In this document: positions 9,936 through 19,439 of the stretch, piece after piece
Position numbering within the stretch: the first letter of the stretch is position 1
Layout: each line of letters opens with the position of its first letter
From: an uncultured delta proteobacterium
GTDB lineage: Bacteria > Desulfobacterota > Binatia > UBA9968
Assembly: GCA_963755715.1 (NCBI GenBank)
Contig: CAVWLW010000009.1
Coordinates: 1-64,000 of the forward strand
Length of the DNA stretch: 64,000 nucleotides
Direction: 5' to 3'
Position numbers and translations under genes: made by a program
The notes under the pieces: generated by a model
Told to the model about the DNA's origin: nothing
The model's input: the letters and a program-made list of their open reading frames with translations, nothing else
Database searches by the model: none

Positions 9936-10757
9936 CTACGCCTTCCTTTTGCGCTTGCCTTGATCGGCGGTAGCTTTCTGCTGACCAGCGGTTTCCAAGC
10001 TCTTCTTTAATGCCGCGAATATATCGACGACTTGTCCGCTGCGGCGCGGCGCCAATGGGACGGCTTTGATTTCCTGGCCTTTGACCTTTTGCTCGATCAT
10101 GGCCAGCGCACGCTCGCGGTATTCGTCGGCGTAGCGCTCAGGCTCGAAGTCCGGTGAGGACATTTTCTCGATCAAGTTCATGCCAAGCTCCAACTGCTCG
10201 CCGGGGAGCTTGATGTCTTCGCCTTTCGCTATCGCGTCGAAGTCGCGGATCTCGTCTTTGAAAAACAGAAAATGCAGAATCAGGCCGCGCTTGACCGAGC
10301 GGATCAAAACCAGACTTTCCTTGTTGTGAAAAACCGTTTGGGCCAGCGCGACACGGCCGGTCTTCGCCATGGTGTCGGCGAGCAGCCGGTAGGGTTTATC
10401 CGCACCTTTGTCGGGGGCGAGATAGTAGCTGCTCTCAAAATAGATCGGGTCGACTTTCTCTATTGGGATAAACTCCCTCATATCGATGCTGCTGTTCGCC
10501 TCAGCTTCGAGCGCCTCCAGCTCAGCATCTTCGACCCGAACGTATTGGCCTTTTGACACCTCGTAGCCGCGCACGGTTTCGTCGCGCTCGATCACGACCT
10601 TACAGACCGGGCAAAACAACTGATTGCGTACGCGGGACCCGCACTTTTTATGCAGCAGATGAAAGCGAATGTTGTGGTCTTCGATAGCCGAATAGAGCTC
10701 GACTGGGATGGAGACCAAGCCGAAAGAAAGGACACCGCGGGAGATGGGCCGAGCCAT
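9936..10757 (-). CDS. ku: Ku protein, non-homologous end joining
   Basis: GVLSFGLVSIPVELYSA, GYEVSKGQYV, DPIYFESSYYLAP, D(I)FAALKKSL; zinc-type HxxC...CxxC. Confidence 0.96.
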   Translation of the reverse strand: MARPISRGVLSFGLVSIPVELYSAIEDHNIRFHLLHKKCGSRVRNQLFCPVCKVVIERDETVRGYEVSKGQYVRVEDAELEALEAEANSSIDMREFIPIEKVDPIYFESSYYLAPDKGADKPYRLLADTMAKTGRVALAQTVFHNKESLVLIRSVKRGLILHFLFFKDEIRDFDAIAKGEDIKLPGEQLELGMNLIEKMSSPDFEPERYADEYRERALAMIEQKVKGQEIKAVPLAPRRSGQVVDIFAALKKSLETAGQQKATADQGKRKRKA

Positions 10758-10799
10758 CCTGCAAGGGTATCATGTCACTGGAGGGCCGATCTACGGGTA
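10758..10799. repeat. ~43-bp element directly upstream of ku, copy A
   Basis: CCTGCAAGGGTATCATGTCACTGGAGGGCCGATCTACGGGTA; 16-nt core GGCCGATCTACGGGTA identical to 12898-12913. Confidence 0.75.
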
Positions 10800-11212
10800 G
10801 AAATTACGCTCTGGTTTGGACCGTGAAAAGGAGCAAGAAGGAGCAAGTAGGGGTCACCCATTAGCCGGCGCGTGATGTCGATGCGTTTGACCGTCCCATC
10901 AGCAGCCGCCAAAAGGCGAATCTCGCAAATAATCGGAAGAGTAGTCTGTGGCGTATAGCTTGAGCTGCTCTGAATCTGCCCGTACTTATTTACCGATCCA
11001 GAGAAATTCGACGAGCCAGGGAGCGTGACCGAATTCACGCCCGAGCGCCAAGTGTAGAACTTGTCGCCGCTTGATAACGCGTACTCACTGACTGGTGGAC
11101 CGTAGGTGATAAAAAATTGATCGACGTGCCGACCTGTATAGCGTTCACCCAACCGATCGGCCACACCCTGTGTTGTGGTGCAGGCTGCTAAAAATAAAAC
11201 GCCGGCAAGCAA
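10775..11212 (-). CDS. Hypothetical lipoprotein, C-terminus probably truncated or fused
   Basis: Lipobox LAAC; FFITYGPP motif; tail runs into the repeat upstream of ku. Confidence 0.6.
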   Translation of the reverse strand: MLAGVLFLAACTTTQGVADRLGERYTGRHVDQFFITYGPPVSEYALSSGDKFYTWRSGVNSVTLPGSSNFSGSVNKYGQIQSSSSYTPQTTLPIICEIRLLAAADGTVKRIDITRRLMGDPYLLLLAPFHGPNQSVISTRRSALQ

Positions 11213-11408
11213 TGCTCGTGGCGTCGGGGTTTATCGCTGATCGCAGCGGATAGCCGGACGCCCATCGCACCCGAGCCCCGCGATTTACTGTCGTTCTTGT
11301 CGCTTTTCTGACATGGGGCGATTCGATTTGACATGTTTGCCGCCCGTCTTGCACGCGTCCAACTCCCGCGCATTGACCAGATTATCTCCAAAGTCCTGTC
11401 GAGCTTAG

Positions 11409-11422
11409 GGCACGATTCGTGC
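11409..11422 (+). promoter_or_regulatory. Putative sigma54 -24/-12 promoter
   Basis: GGCACGATTCGTGC (GG-N10-GC), 57 nt before ATG 11480. Confidence 0.5.
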
Positions 11423-11479
11423 TCAACGGTTCCTTTCAGCTGTGGTAAGGAAATCGCAGCTTCTCAGCGCCACATTCCC

Positions 11480-11671
11480 ATGGACCTGCTACAATTTGCC
11501 GTCGCGACCATTATCCAGCCCTCAGCCTGGCTGTTCTTTGGTTTTGGGCTCATCCTTTTGACGGCAGCTTCACGACGATTGTTATGCCTGTTCAAGCGGT
11601 GGCGGCACCCGGAGCCTAGAATTTTATCGGCCGTTCGCCGAACTTCCGCAACTCTTGGATCGCGAGAATGA
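11480..11671 (+). CDS. Small membrane peptide with PEP-CTERM-like segment
   Basis: IIQPSAWLFFGFGLILLTAASRR: Pro-Ser, TM helix, basic tail. Confidence 0.45.
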   Translation: MDLLQFAVATIIQPSAWLFFGFGLILLTAASRRLLCLFKRWRHPEPRILSAVRRTSATLGSRE

Positions 11672-11702
11672 CTCATACACCCGTGGACCAACAAGAATCG
11701 AA

Positions 11703-11933
11703 ATGAACCCGATCGAGGACGCAGATATAAAGAGCATCTGGGCCGAGCACTTCCCTAAACGGCTTGTCGATGGCCGCTCCAAGACTGTCTGCGCTCGTAT
11801 TTGTTTGGTCCTGAGCCACAAAGCTCAACACGAAACCGGAGATTGGAGAAAGAAATTGCGAATGGTCCTACGAAAGTTTGGTGTGCCAGAGAACCAATTT
11901 CATCGAGTTAAAAGTGAGTGCGACTTCACATGA
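11703..11933 (+). CDS. Hypothetical protein
   Basis: ORF only, no motif. Confidence 0.45.
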   Translation: MNPIEDADIKSIWAEHFPKRLVDGRSKTVCARICLVLSHKAQHETGDWRKKLRMVLRKFGVPENQFHRVKSECDFT

Positions 11934-11981
11934 AGGCGCCGACCGCACCGGCGCCCGAATCCATCAAGCCCTGTGCGCCTT

Positions 11982-12164
11982 TCACAGTTCTTTCCGCCCA
12001 AACAACCATCGACCGGTAATAATCGTCAGATAGGCGAACGCCAAACCGAAGGCCAAGCTCACCAGGAAGCCGAACGGCTTGACCCATCGCGCTACGATGA
12101 CGACGGCCAAAACTTTGGCGACGAAAATGTAAGCGTAGAGGTCGTTCGGCGCGATCGCCGTCAT
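11982..12164 (-). CDS. Small two-TM membrane protein
   Basis: 60 aa, hydrophobic; start overlaps the ligD remnant stop (ATGA). Confidence 0.55.
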   Translation of the reverse strand: MTAIAPNDLYAYIFVAKVLAVVIVARWVKPFGFLVSLAFGLAFAYLTIITGRWLFGRKEL

Positions 12165-12343
12165 TCCCGCCTAATTTCCTGCGCGTCTTTGTCGTCCCTT
12201 AACCCCGCGATGCTCGAATGCCTCAGATGTCCGTCCGGCGTCCACTCGTTGAACTCGATCTGTGCAACGCGCACCGGCTTGAGCCACCGGCATTCTTTCA
12301 TTTGCTCCGCCGTGAGTGCCTACATGGTGCGCTGCTTCTCCGG
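12161..12343 (-). pseudogene. ligD: ATP-dependent DNA ligase (LigD/LigC-type) C-terminal OB-domain remnant
   Basis: PEKQRTM*ALTAEQMKECRWLKPVRVAQIEFNEWTPDGHLRHSSIAGLRDDK; in-frame TAG at 12320-12322; catalytic domain absent. Confidence 0.85.
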
Positions 12344-12391
12344 CCCGATTTCCACAAAAAGATCGTGGACGATATTCAGTCCAGCGAGGTT

Positions 12392-12831
12392 TTAGTGCAA
12401 TACGTTACTGCGCCGGGACGGTTTTGCCGGGCTGGTGAATGGAAACGCACCGTTCGTCGAGGTGGTCATCCCTCCACGAAGAGTCGTTGCTTTGCCGCTG
12501 GTGCCTACGACGCAACGCAGGGGAGAGTTGTTGGCAAAATGCGCCGTCGAGTCGCAGGTGACTCCCGATGTCAGACCTGCTCCACATGAGTTGGTTTGAG
12601 TGACTTCCACGCCCCGCGAATCAATAATTTGGGCGGCCAGATCGCGCGCAACGGTATCCAGGTTAGTAGCAAAACAGACCGCAACTGAACCGTTTGGTTC
12701 GAGCACAGGCGCAGTGAACAGACGCTCGGCTATCTGCACAGGGGACGCGACATCCCAAGTTGAGCCGCTTGGCCAATTCGGACAAGGGTGAGAGGGGCAA
12801 CGATTATAATAAGGGCCGTATAAAATTTCAT
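12392..12831 (-). CDS. Hypothetical secreted Cys-containing protein (frameshift ~12755)
   Basis: RBS AAGGAGG, signal-like MKFYTALIIIVAPLTLV, continues into ORF 12392-12739. Confidence 0.6.
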
Positions 12832-12870
12832 AAGACCTCCTTTTGTCAGTTCCACAGTCAAGGACCGTCT

Positions 12871-12913
12871 CCTGCGAGAGATATCATGGCGCTGGATGGC
12901 CGATCTACGGGTA
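12871..12913. repeat. ~43-bp element, copy B
   Basis: CCTGCGAGAGATATCATGGCGCTGGATGGCCGATCTACGGGTA, direct repeat of 10758-10799. Confidence 0.75.
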
Positions 12914-13014
12914 AGCGGATATCATACGGGGCGTAAAGCCAAAGCGAGCAATAAATGATAGAATCGTGGAACTATGTTCGTGGCCGGCCTCGGCGGCACC
13001 GCCTTGGAGGTAAA

Positions 13015-13149
13015 ATGAAAAACAAGACTTTGCTTCTCTGGGCATCGCTTTTGGTCGTCTTAGCCCTAGAAGGATGTGCAACGGTTCGCGGCATGGGGGA
13101 AGATATACAGAACCTCGGCAGAGCCATGAAAAGGGCTGTCTCTGGATAG
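13015..13149 (+). CDS. Entericidin A/B family lipoprotein
   Basis: LEGC lipobox then ATVRGMGEDIQNLG; RBS GGAGG. Confidence 0.9.
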   Translation: MKNKTLLLWASLLVVLALEGCATVRGMGEDIQNLGRAMKRAVSG

Positions 13150-13389
13150 TCAGGACTTCTAACTGCAACCGTTAGTGAGCCTTCAGGAGCCCGACGATGG
13201 AGGTCGGCGAGCCGGTATCCACAGTGAGCATCATTCTTTCGATTGGCTATTCGCCTTGCTGGGGACAAGAAAAGGGGACATTCTAAATTTCTATTTCTTT
13301 TCTCGGTCGCCCTCGTGGTCTTAGGCTTGCGTTCAAACCAAGCTGAGCCGCAATGCGAGAACCCCAACCAATCGGCTAATCGGCAGCGC

Positions 13390-14054
13390 TCAGCGATACC
13401 CCATCGCTGCTAAAAACTGTTTCAGCGAAGCGAATCTGAGATAAGGATTGGTCTTTTTCTGCTCGCCGATGGTGGCGTGGGTCAGCGCGCGTAATTGTGG
13501 CCGGGAAAAAGAATCGTTTCGTCCGGCAGCGCCATCAGCTTTTGCGTCAAGCTGTAATACATCTGCTCGGCGTTGCCGCCGGGAAAATCCACTCGGCCGC
13601 AGGCATCGATAAACATCGTATCGCCCGAGATTACCCGCCCATCGACGAGGAAACACTGGGATCCCGGCGTGTGGCCGGGCGTGTGCAGCAATTGAATCTC
13701 GACTCCGCCGACGTCGATCTTGTCGCCGCTCTCGGCTTTGATGATGTCAGATGGCGCGAGCCCTTTGAGCGCGTCGGCTTCAGCTTTGTGCACGACGACT
13801 TTGAGTTTGCATTTGCTCAGCAGCTCGTTCACCCCGGGAATTTCGATTCCCGAGAAGTGCCCGCCGACGTGGTCGGGGTGGGTGTGGGTAACGAAAGCAT
13901 GGGTAACTTCAACGTCGTCTTGCGCCGCAATTTTGAGAATCGTATCGATTTCCCACGCGGCATCGACCACCGCGACTTTGCGCGTTTCAGTCGAACCGAT
14001 CAGATAGACGTAATTCTGCATCGGCCCGATCTCGATCTGTTTGAAGTACAACAT
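13390..14054 (-). CDS. MBL-fold hydrolase, glyoxalase II/persulfide dioxygenase-like (frameshift ~13490)
   Basis: THTHPDH, HTPGHTPGS, SGDTMF, CGRVDFPGG, PGHNY; tail TIGEQKKTNPYL in another frame. Confidence 0.9.
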
Positions 14055-14137
14055 AATAATAAATGGAAAATTGAAAATTATAAATTATCGGAATGAGAAC
14101 GATCGATGAGTCGTGAACCTGCTGGCCTTTTTAATTT

Positions 14138-14581
14138 TTACTTTTTAACTTTTAATTTCAACGATTCGTAGCTGACGCCCTCGCCGTTATCATCGCTCAC
14201 CGGCAACCCCGACGCCGACCAGCCCGGCGCGATCACGGTGCCCATCGGGTCGCGCATGCCGCCGAATCCCCCGAGCATATTGGAAACGTCCTGATAACCG
14301 GCCTGCTGCAGCAATCCCGCCGCAGCGTTTGAGCGCGGACCGGCCTGGCAGCCGACGATAATCTTCTTGTCGTGAGGAAAGCTTGCTTCGACAACCTTGA
14401 CGAAGTCCGCGTTCATCATCATACCGCGCGACGGGTCGGGGAACGCCACAGGAATATTCACTGCGCCCGCGGGATGACCATTGGCGAACTCGCGCTCTGT
14501 GCGCACGTCGATGTAAACGACGCTGGTATCATTGGTGAGAATTTCGTGAGCCTGCTGGGGTGTAACTTCTTTTATCGCCAT
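14138..14581 (-). CDS. Rhodanese-like domain protein
   Basis: YIDVRTEREFANGHPAGAVNIP, active-site CQAGPRS. Confidence 0.92.
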   Translation of the reverse strand: MAIKEVTPQQAHEILTNDTSVVYIDVRTEREFANGHPAGAVNIPVAFPDPSRGMMMNADFVKVVEASFPHDKKIIVGCQAGPRSNAAAGLLQQAGYQDVSNMLGGFGGMRDPMGTVIAPGWSASGLPVSDDNGEGVSYESLKLKVKK

Positions 14582-14595
14582 ATAAACCTCGCTGG

Positions 14596-14663
14596 AGTTG
14601 GAGTATTGGAATGACGGAGTATTGGGTAAATCAGACCAACACTCCACTACTCCATCACTCCAT
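14596..14663. repeat. Intergenic hairpin of tandem 8-mer units (GGAGTATT / ACTCCATC)
   Basis: GGAGTATTGGAATGACGGAGTATTGGG...CCAACACTCCACTACTCCATCACTCCA. Confidence 0.75.
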
Positions 14664-14675
14664 TTACCCAATCTC

Positions 14676-15446
14676 TCACATTCCCATAATATTGTAACCC
14701 GCGTCGACGTGCAGCACTTCGCCGGTGACTGCGCTGCCCAAATCGCTGCACAAGTACAGCGCCGTCTTGCCGACTTCTTCCGCCTCGATGTTGCGTTTGA
14801 GCGGGGCGCGCTCGGCGACGTGATGCAGCATGGACTTGAAATCGGAGATCCCCGCGGCCGCTAATGTTCGCAGCGGTCCGGCGGAGATGGCATTGATGCG
14901 AATTCCCTTCGGGCCGAGATCGTGCGCGAGGTAACGCACGCTCGCTTCCAGCGCGGCTTTGGCCACGCCCATGACGTTATAATTGGGAATGACTTTCTCT
15001 GAACCCATGTAAGTCAGCGTCACGATCGAGCCCTTTCGCCCCTCCATCAGCGGCGCCGCTCGTTGTGCGAGCGCCACCAAGGAATACGCGCTCACGTCCA
15101 TCGCGAGGTGGAAGCCAGCGCGACTGGTTTGCGCATAAGGATTGGACAGGTCTTCTTTGTTGGCGAAGGCGATGGCGTGCACCAAAATATCGAGTCCGCC
15201 CCACTCTTGTTCGAGCGTCGCGAAAACTTTTTCGATCTCTTCGTCTTTGGTGACATCGCAAGGCAGGATGATTTTCGAGCCGATGCCTTCCGCCAGCGGC
15301 CGCACGCGCTTTTCCAAAATTTCCCCGGCGAATGTAAACGCCAGTTCCGCGCCCTCGGCGTGAAACGCCTCCGAGATCGCCCAGGCGATGCTGCGTTCGT
15401 TGGCGACACCGAAAATCGCCGCCTTCTTCCCGTCCAATAAACCCAT
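14676..15446 (-). CDS. fabI: Enoyl-ACP reductase FabI
   Basis: GVANERSIAWAI, YNVMGVAKAALE, NAISAGPLRTLAA. Confidence 0.97.
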   Translation of the reverse strand: MGLLDGKKAAIFGVANERSIAWAISEAFHAEGAELAFTFAGEILEKRVRPLAEGIGSKIILPCDVTKDEEIEKVFATLEQEWGGLDILVHAIAFANKEDLSNPYAQTSRAGFHLAMDVSAYSLVALAQRAAPLMEGRKGSIVTLTYMGSEKVIPNYNVMGVAKAALEASVRYLAHDLGPKGIRINAISAGPLRTLAAAGISDFKSMLHHVAERAPLKRNIEAEEVGKTALYLCSDLGSAVTGEVLHVDAGYNIMGM

Positions 15447-15476
15447 CAGTAAACCTCCATGATCCCTACTTCGAAG

Positions 15477-16262
15477 CTACCGTCGAAGCGCACACCGTCT
15501 CGGTCTTGGTGTCGTTCCGCTAGGATAAAGACCTCTCACTTCGTCGAAATGACAGACGCTTATGTTGTTGTCATTCTGAGCGAAAGCGAGGAATCTTTCT
15601 TTCGTCATCGTGAAAATGTGGCGAACGCTAATTAAACCACTGCCGGTCTTTTTACTTTTTACTTTTGCCTTTCTCCATAGTCCGCGTTGCCACAGATACT
15701 CGGTCTGGCCGGTTTGCTTGGCAATCCAGCGCGACAAGACGAAGAAAAGATCGCTGAGGCGATTGATGTACTTGATGACGCGCGGGTTGATTTCTTCGGC
15801 GCGCGACAGCCGCAGGATCTCGCGCTCGGCGCGGCGGCAGACCGTACGGCATTGGTGCAGATAGGCGCCGACGCGCCCGCCGCCCGGCAAAATAAACGAT
15901 TTGAGCGGCTCGAGATCTTCCTGACACTGGTCGATCAGCTTCTCCAGACGCTTGATTTCATCATCGCCGACTTGGTACATGCCCGCCTGAAAAAATTCCG
16001 GCGGTGTCGCCAGCTCGCTGCCGATATCGAAAAGCTCATCTTGAACGCGGCAGAGAACCTCGTCTAGGAATCGATGCCCCTCGCCGGCTTCGAGGCTTTC
16101 TTCGTTAAACACCCGCGCCAGGCCGACTACCGAGTTGAGCTCGTCGATGGTGCCGTAAGCGTCGATGCGCGGCGAATCTTTGGGGACGCGTTTACCACCG
16201 ACGAGAGCGGTGTCACCCTCGTCGCCGGTGCGTGTATAGACTTTGGTGATGCGAACAGCCAT
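15477..16262 (-). CDS. PduO-type cob(I)alamin adenosyltransferase; C-terminus reads through repeats, true stop probably near 15630-15660
   Basis: TKVYTRTGDEGDT, AYGTIDELNS, FILPGG, RTVCRRAER, YINRLSDLFF. Confidence 0.92.
   Translation of the reverse strand: MAVRITKVYTRTGDEGDTALVGGKRVPKDSPRIDAYGTIDELNSVVGLARVFNEESLEAGEGHRFLDEVLCRVQDELFDIGSELATPPEFFQAGMYQVGDDEIKRLEKLIDQCQEDLEPLKSFILPGGGRVGAYLHQCRTVCRRAEREILRLSRAEEINPRVIKYINRLSDLFFVLSRWIAKQTGQTEYLWQRGLWRKAKVKSKKTGSGLISVRHIFTMTKERFLAFAQNDNNISVCHFDEVRGLYPSGTTPRPRRCALRR
15529..15596. repeat. GTCAT-type short palindromic repeat pair (also 31097-31124, 35753-35823, 51455-51526)
   Basis: ...CGAAATGACA and TGTCATTCTGAGCGAAAGCGAGGAATCT. Confidence 0.75.
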
Positions 16263-16272
16263 GGTTCCAATT

Positions 16273-16352
16273 AATGGAGAATGGATAATGCAGAATGGAA
16301 AATTAGGAATTGCCGCTCCGCCGTTATCAATTCTCCATTATCAATTATCCAT
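16273..16352. repeat. Intergenic hairpin of tandem 7-mers (AATGGAG/AATGGAT vs TCAATT/TCCATT)
   Basis: AATGGAGAATGGATAATGCAGAATGGAAAATT...TTATCAATTCTCCATTATCAATTATCCATT. Confidence 0.75.
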
Positions 16353-17723
16353 TCAGTTCTTTACAGTCCGCCACCGCCAGATCAAGTACGCCGGTATCCC
16401 AAGGCAAACGATACCGAGCCCAATCAGGGAATCTTTGGGATTTTCCGTGACCGAACCCCACACGATCCATAAATGCGCGGCGACAAAAAGAATCGGCACG
16501 ATCGGATAGCCCCAAAGTTTATAGGGCCGTGGAAGCTCCGGCCGCTTATACCGCAGCACGATGACCGAGCCTACCGTCAACGCGGAGAACAGCGTGATGA
16601 CCACGCTGACATAGGTAAACAACGTTCCCCAGGTGTTCGTGAGAATGAGCAAACAGGTCCAGGCCGCCTGGAGAATGATCGCGCTGCTCGGCGTGCCGAA
16701 TTTTGGATGGATGTAAGTCAGCCGCTTAAAAAACACGCCATCGAGCGCCATCGCGTAATAGATCCGCGGTCCGAGCATCGTCACGACATTGAGCGCACCG
16801 AGAATCGAAACGGTGATGAGCGCCGTAATCCATGCCGAGGTCGGATAACCGAACAACGCGGTCGTCGCCACTTCGGAAATTCTAGCCGCGCCTTTCATTT
16901 CGCTCACCGGTACGCCGTAGATATAAACCATATTGATCGCCAGGTAGAGCGCGATCACGATCAGGTTTCCCATCAGCAGTGCTTTGGGTAAGTTTCGCTC
17001 CGGGTCCTTAACTTCACCGGCGATGTAGATGACCGCATTCCAACCCGAGTAGGCGAAAATCGCCGGGATAAAAGCCGAGGCGAAGACGCTCGATTGGGTG
17101 ATTTTGTTCCAGTCGAACAAAGGAGTGAAGTGCGCGATATCGCCCTTGCCGACAAAGATGCCAAGTAGAATGATTCCCACGAGCGAGCCGATCTTGATCA
17201 CCGTCAAGATGTTTTGGGTTACGGTTCCTTGACGCACGCCGATGCAATGCAACGTGGAAATCGCCAGCACGACAAAGATGCAGAAGAGAGTGCCGACGGT
17301 AACGTTGATCGAGATCAAGGGTATCGCCGCCGAGAAAAGCACCTCTTTGCTTCCGAGCACGGGAAAGAAGAACGACATGTACTCGTTGAAGATCACCGCG
17401 AGGAAAGCGATAGCTCCCGAAAACGTCACCAGAAACGACGACCATCCGGAAAGAAAGCCCATCAACTTGCCGTACGCTTCCCGAATATAATTATAGTCGC
17501 CGCCGGCGTACGGTAGACTCGCCGAAAGCTCGGCACAACTCAGCGCGCCCGTCAGAGCCAGCAAGCCGGCCAAGATCCAAACCAGAAGCACGCCTCCCGG
17601 CGATAGCACTTGAGCAGCGATGACCCCCGTCGAAATGAATATTCCAGTGCCGATCATATCGCCGGAGATCAACATGACGGCGTCGAATAAACCGATTTGT
17701 CGTTTGAGCTCTGTCTGCGCCAT
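16353..17723 (-). CDS. APC family amino acid permease
   Basis: MIGTGIF, ELSASLPYAGGDY, FAYSGWN, GEVKDPERNLP, RPYKLWGYP; about 12 TM. Confidence 0.95.
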   Translation of the reverse strand: MAQTELKRQIGLFDAVMLISGDMIGTGIFISTGVIAAQVLSPGGVLLVWILAGLLALTGALSCAELSASLPYAGGDYNYIREAYGKLMGFLSGWSSFLVTFSGAIAFLAVIFNEYMSFFFPVLGSKEVLFSAAIPLISINVTVGTLFCIFVVLAISTLHCIGVRQGTVTQNILTVIKIGSLVGIILLGIFVGKGDIAHFTPLFDWNKITQSSVFASAFIPAIFAYSGWNAVIYIAGEVKDPERNLPKALLMGNLIVIALYLAINMVYIYGVPVSEMKGAARISEVATTALFGYPTSAWITALITVSILGALNVVTMLGPRIYYAMALDGVFFKRLTYIHPKFGTPSSAIILQAAWTCLLILTNTWGTLFTYVSVVITLFSALTVGSVIVLRYKRPELPRPYKLWGYPIVPILFVAAHLWIVWGSVTENPKDSLIGLGIVCLGIPAYLIWRWRTVKN

Positions 17724-17867
17724 AGCGCCTACCAATACAGGGAAATGAGAAGTCAGGCAACTTATTTACGGGCGCAGCAACGACTTTGCCGCGCAATTGG
17801 AACGGGGGAAAAATGTGATAGCTTTTAACCGGCCCTCACTGAAATAGCCCTCAGGAGGAATCGTCTC

Positions 17868-18532
17868 ATGATCCGTGTCTTTCTCGTCGCGCTGATTTTG
17901 TCTCCCGCTTTTCTCTGGGCTCAAGACGCCGTCAAACGCGATGAACACCAGATGCACGGCCTGCACAACGATCCGAAGGCATACATCGGGTCTCTCGAAG
18001 ATCCCAAGCGCGACGCCTATCAGAAACCGCACGAAGTCTTGACTGCATTGAATCTTAAGCCGGCGAAGTCATCGCCGACATCGGCGCCGGCTCCGGTTAT
18101 TTTACTTTCCGTCTTTCGCACTTTGTCGGCGCCAAAGGCAAAGTCTACGCTGTCGACGTCAGCCCCGACATGATTTTGCATATCAACCGGCGCATCCGCG
18201 CATTGAAAGCAACGAACGTCGTCTCCATCCTCGCCGATCCGGACGATCCATTGCTGCCGGATCGATCCGTGAACCGGTTTTTCTTCAGCGACTCCTGGCA
18301 CCATATCGAGAACCAGACGAAGTATCTGGCACTGATGAAGAAGATGTTAAAGCCGGGCGGCGAAATCGTCATGATCGACTTTCACAAAAAGGAATCTCCG
18401 ATAGGTCCGCCGCTACAAATGAGAATCGCCCGCGAAGATTTGATCAAACAGATGGAGGCCAACGGCTTTCGGCTCGCCAAGGAACACTCATTTTTGCCGT
18501 ATCAATATTTTCTCCTGTTCGCGCCCAAGTAA
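17868..18532 (+). CDS. Class I SAM-dependent methyltransferase with signal peptide (frameshift ~18060)
   Basis: EDPKRDAYQKP, then IADIGAGSGYF in shifted frame, LKPGGEIVMIDF, FLPYQYFL. Confidence 0.88.
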
Positions 18533-18804
18533 TCGCGCGCCTAGTCCTGCGCTGCGAGACGACGAAGCGCGCAAACTTCTAGCGCTGGTACGGGGTCGAC
18601 GAAAAAGGTCACGCTCGTTCCAAGAGCGCGATCTTCGCGCGGCTTCGCTACTTTTTCGATAGCAGCAACCTCCCTGGCAGTGCGTTCACCAATCCCGGTC
18701 GGGTCTCTGAAAAATCCCTCCTATGGGGTTTGACGCCACCGGTGCCACAAGGACTACAATCCCTAGCGCGATTAGTGTTCCAAAAAAATAATTGGAGGTG
18801 TGTT

Positions 18805-19350
18805 ATGAAAAGCTATTTATGGGTTGCCAGTCTCGCGTTAGTTGCCTTTGTGATTCTTGTCGCGTCGGCGCTAGCAGATGATGAACGAGACACCTTGGTC
18901 AGATTCAAGGGAGGTATCGGAGTAATTCCGGTGTCAAGCGGCGTCGGTACAGCGACCACCGCTACGACTGTGAACCGGAACATCGTCCGTACCATCCAAC
19001 CGCCCGGTCAGCTCTGGACGATCAGAGACCTGGATACCAAGATAAAAAAGAATGGGGACATCAAGGTCGAAGGAAAGGGACTTGTTTTGGCTGGCGGCAA
19101 TGGTATCGGAAGCCCACCGGCTAACCCGACGCGCGTGTTTGCCACCCTGATCTGTGAAGCCGCGGCCCCGTTTATTGAGCACAGCACCACCCTCGCCGGT
19201 GTCCTGCTCGCGCCCAACGGCGACTTCAAAATCGACGACGTGCTGGTGCCGATGCCGGATGGCTGCGCGAGCCCCGTGCTCCTGATTCGCACCGCGGGCG
19301 GCGGCAATTGGTTCGCCGCCGGAATACTCGTCCCCGGCAAATCCGACTGA
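18805..19350 (+). CDS. Hypothetical secreted protein
   Basis: RBS GGAGG, signal peptide, two Cys, WFAAG C-terminus. Confidence 0.8.
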   Translation: MKSYLWVASLALVAFVILVASALADDERDTLVRFKGGIGVIPVSSGVGTATTATTVNRNIVRTIQPPGQLWTIRDLDTKIKKNGDIKVEGKGLVLAGGNGIGSPPANPTRVFATLICEAAAPFIEHSTTLAGVLLAPNGDFKIDDVLVPMPDGCASPVLLIRTAGGGNWFAAGILVPGKSD

Positions 19351-19439
19351 GATTTGTGTAGGGACCAAGAAACCCTTCTGGCGCCAGCTCAAATGCTTGC
19401 AAGCACGCGAGCTGGCGGCCCTGTTCTGTCGAGTTGCGC

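Noticed and set aside
3920-13390. CRISPR array, integron or intact prophage in the accessory region
   Set aside because: No regularly spaced repeats, no attC-type sites recognised, and no cas, integrase or phage structural genes.
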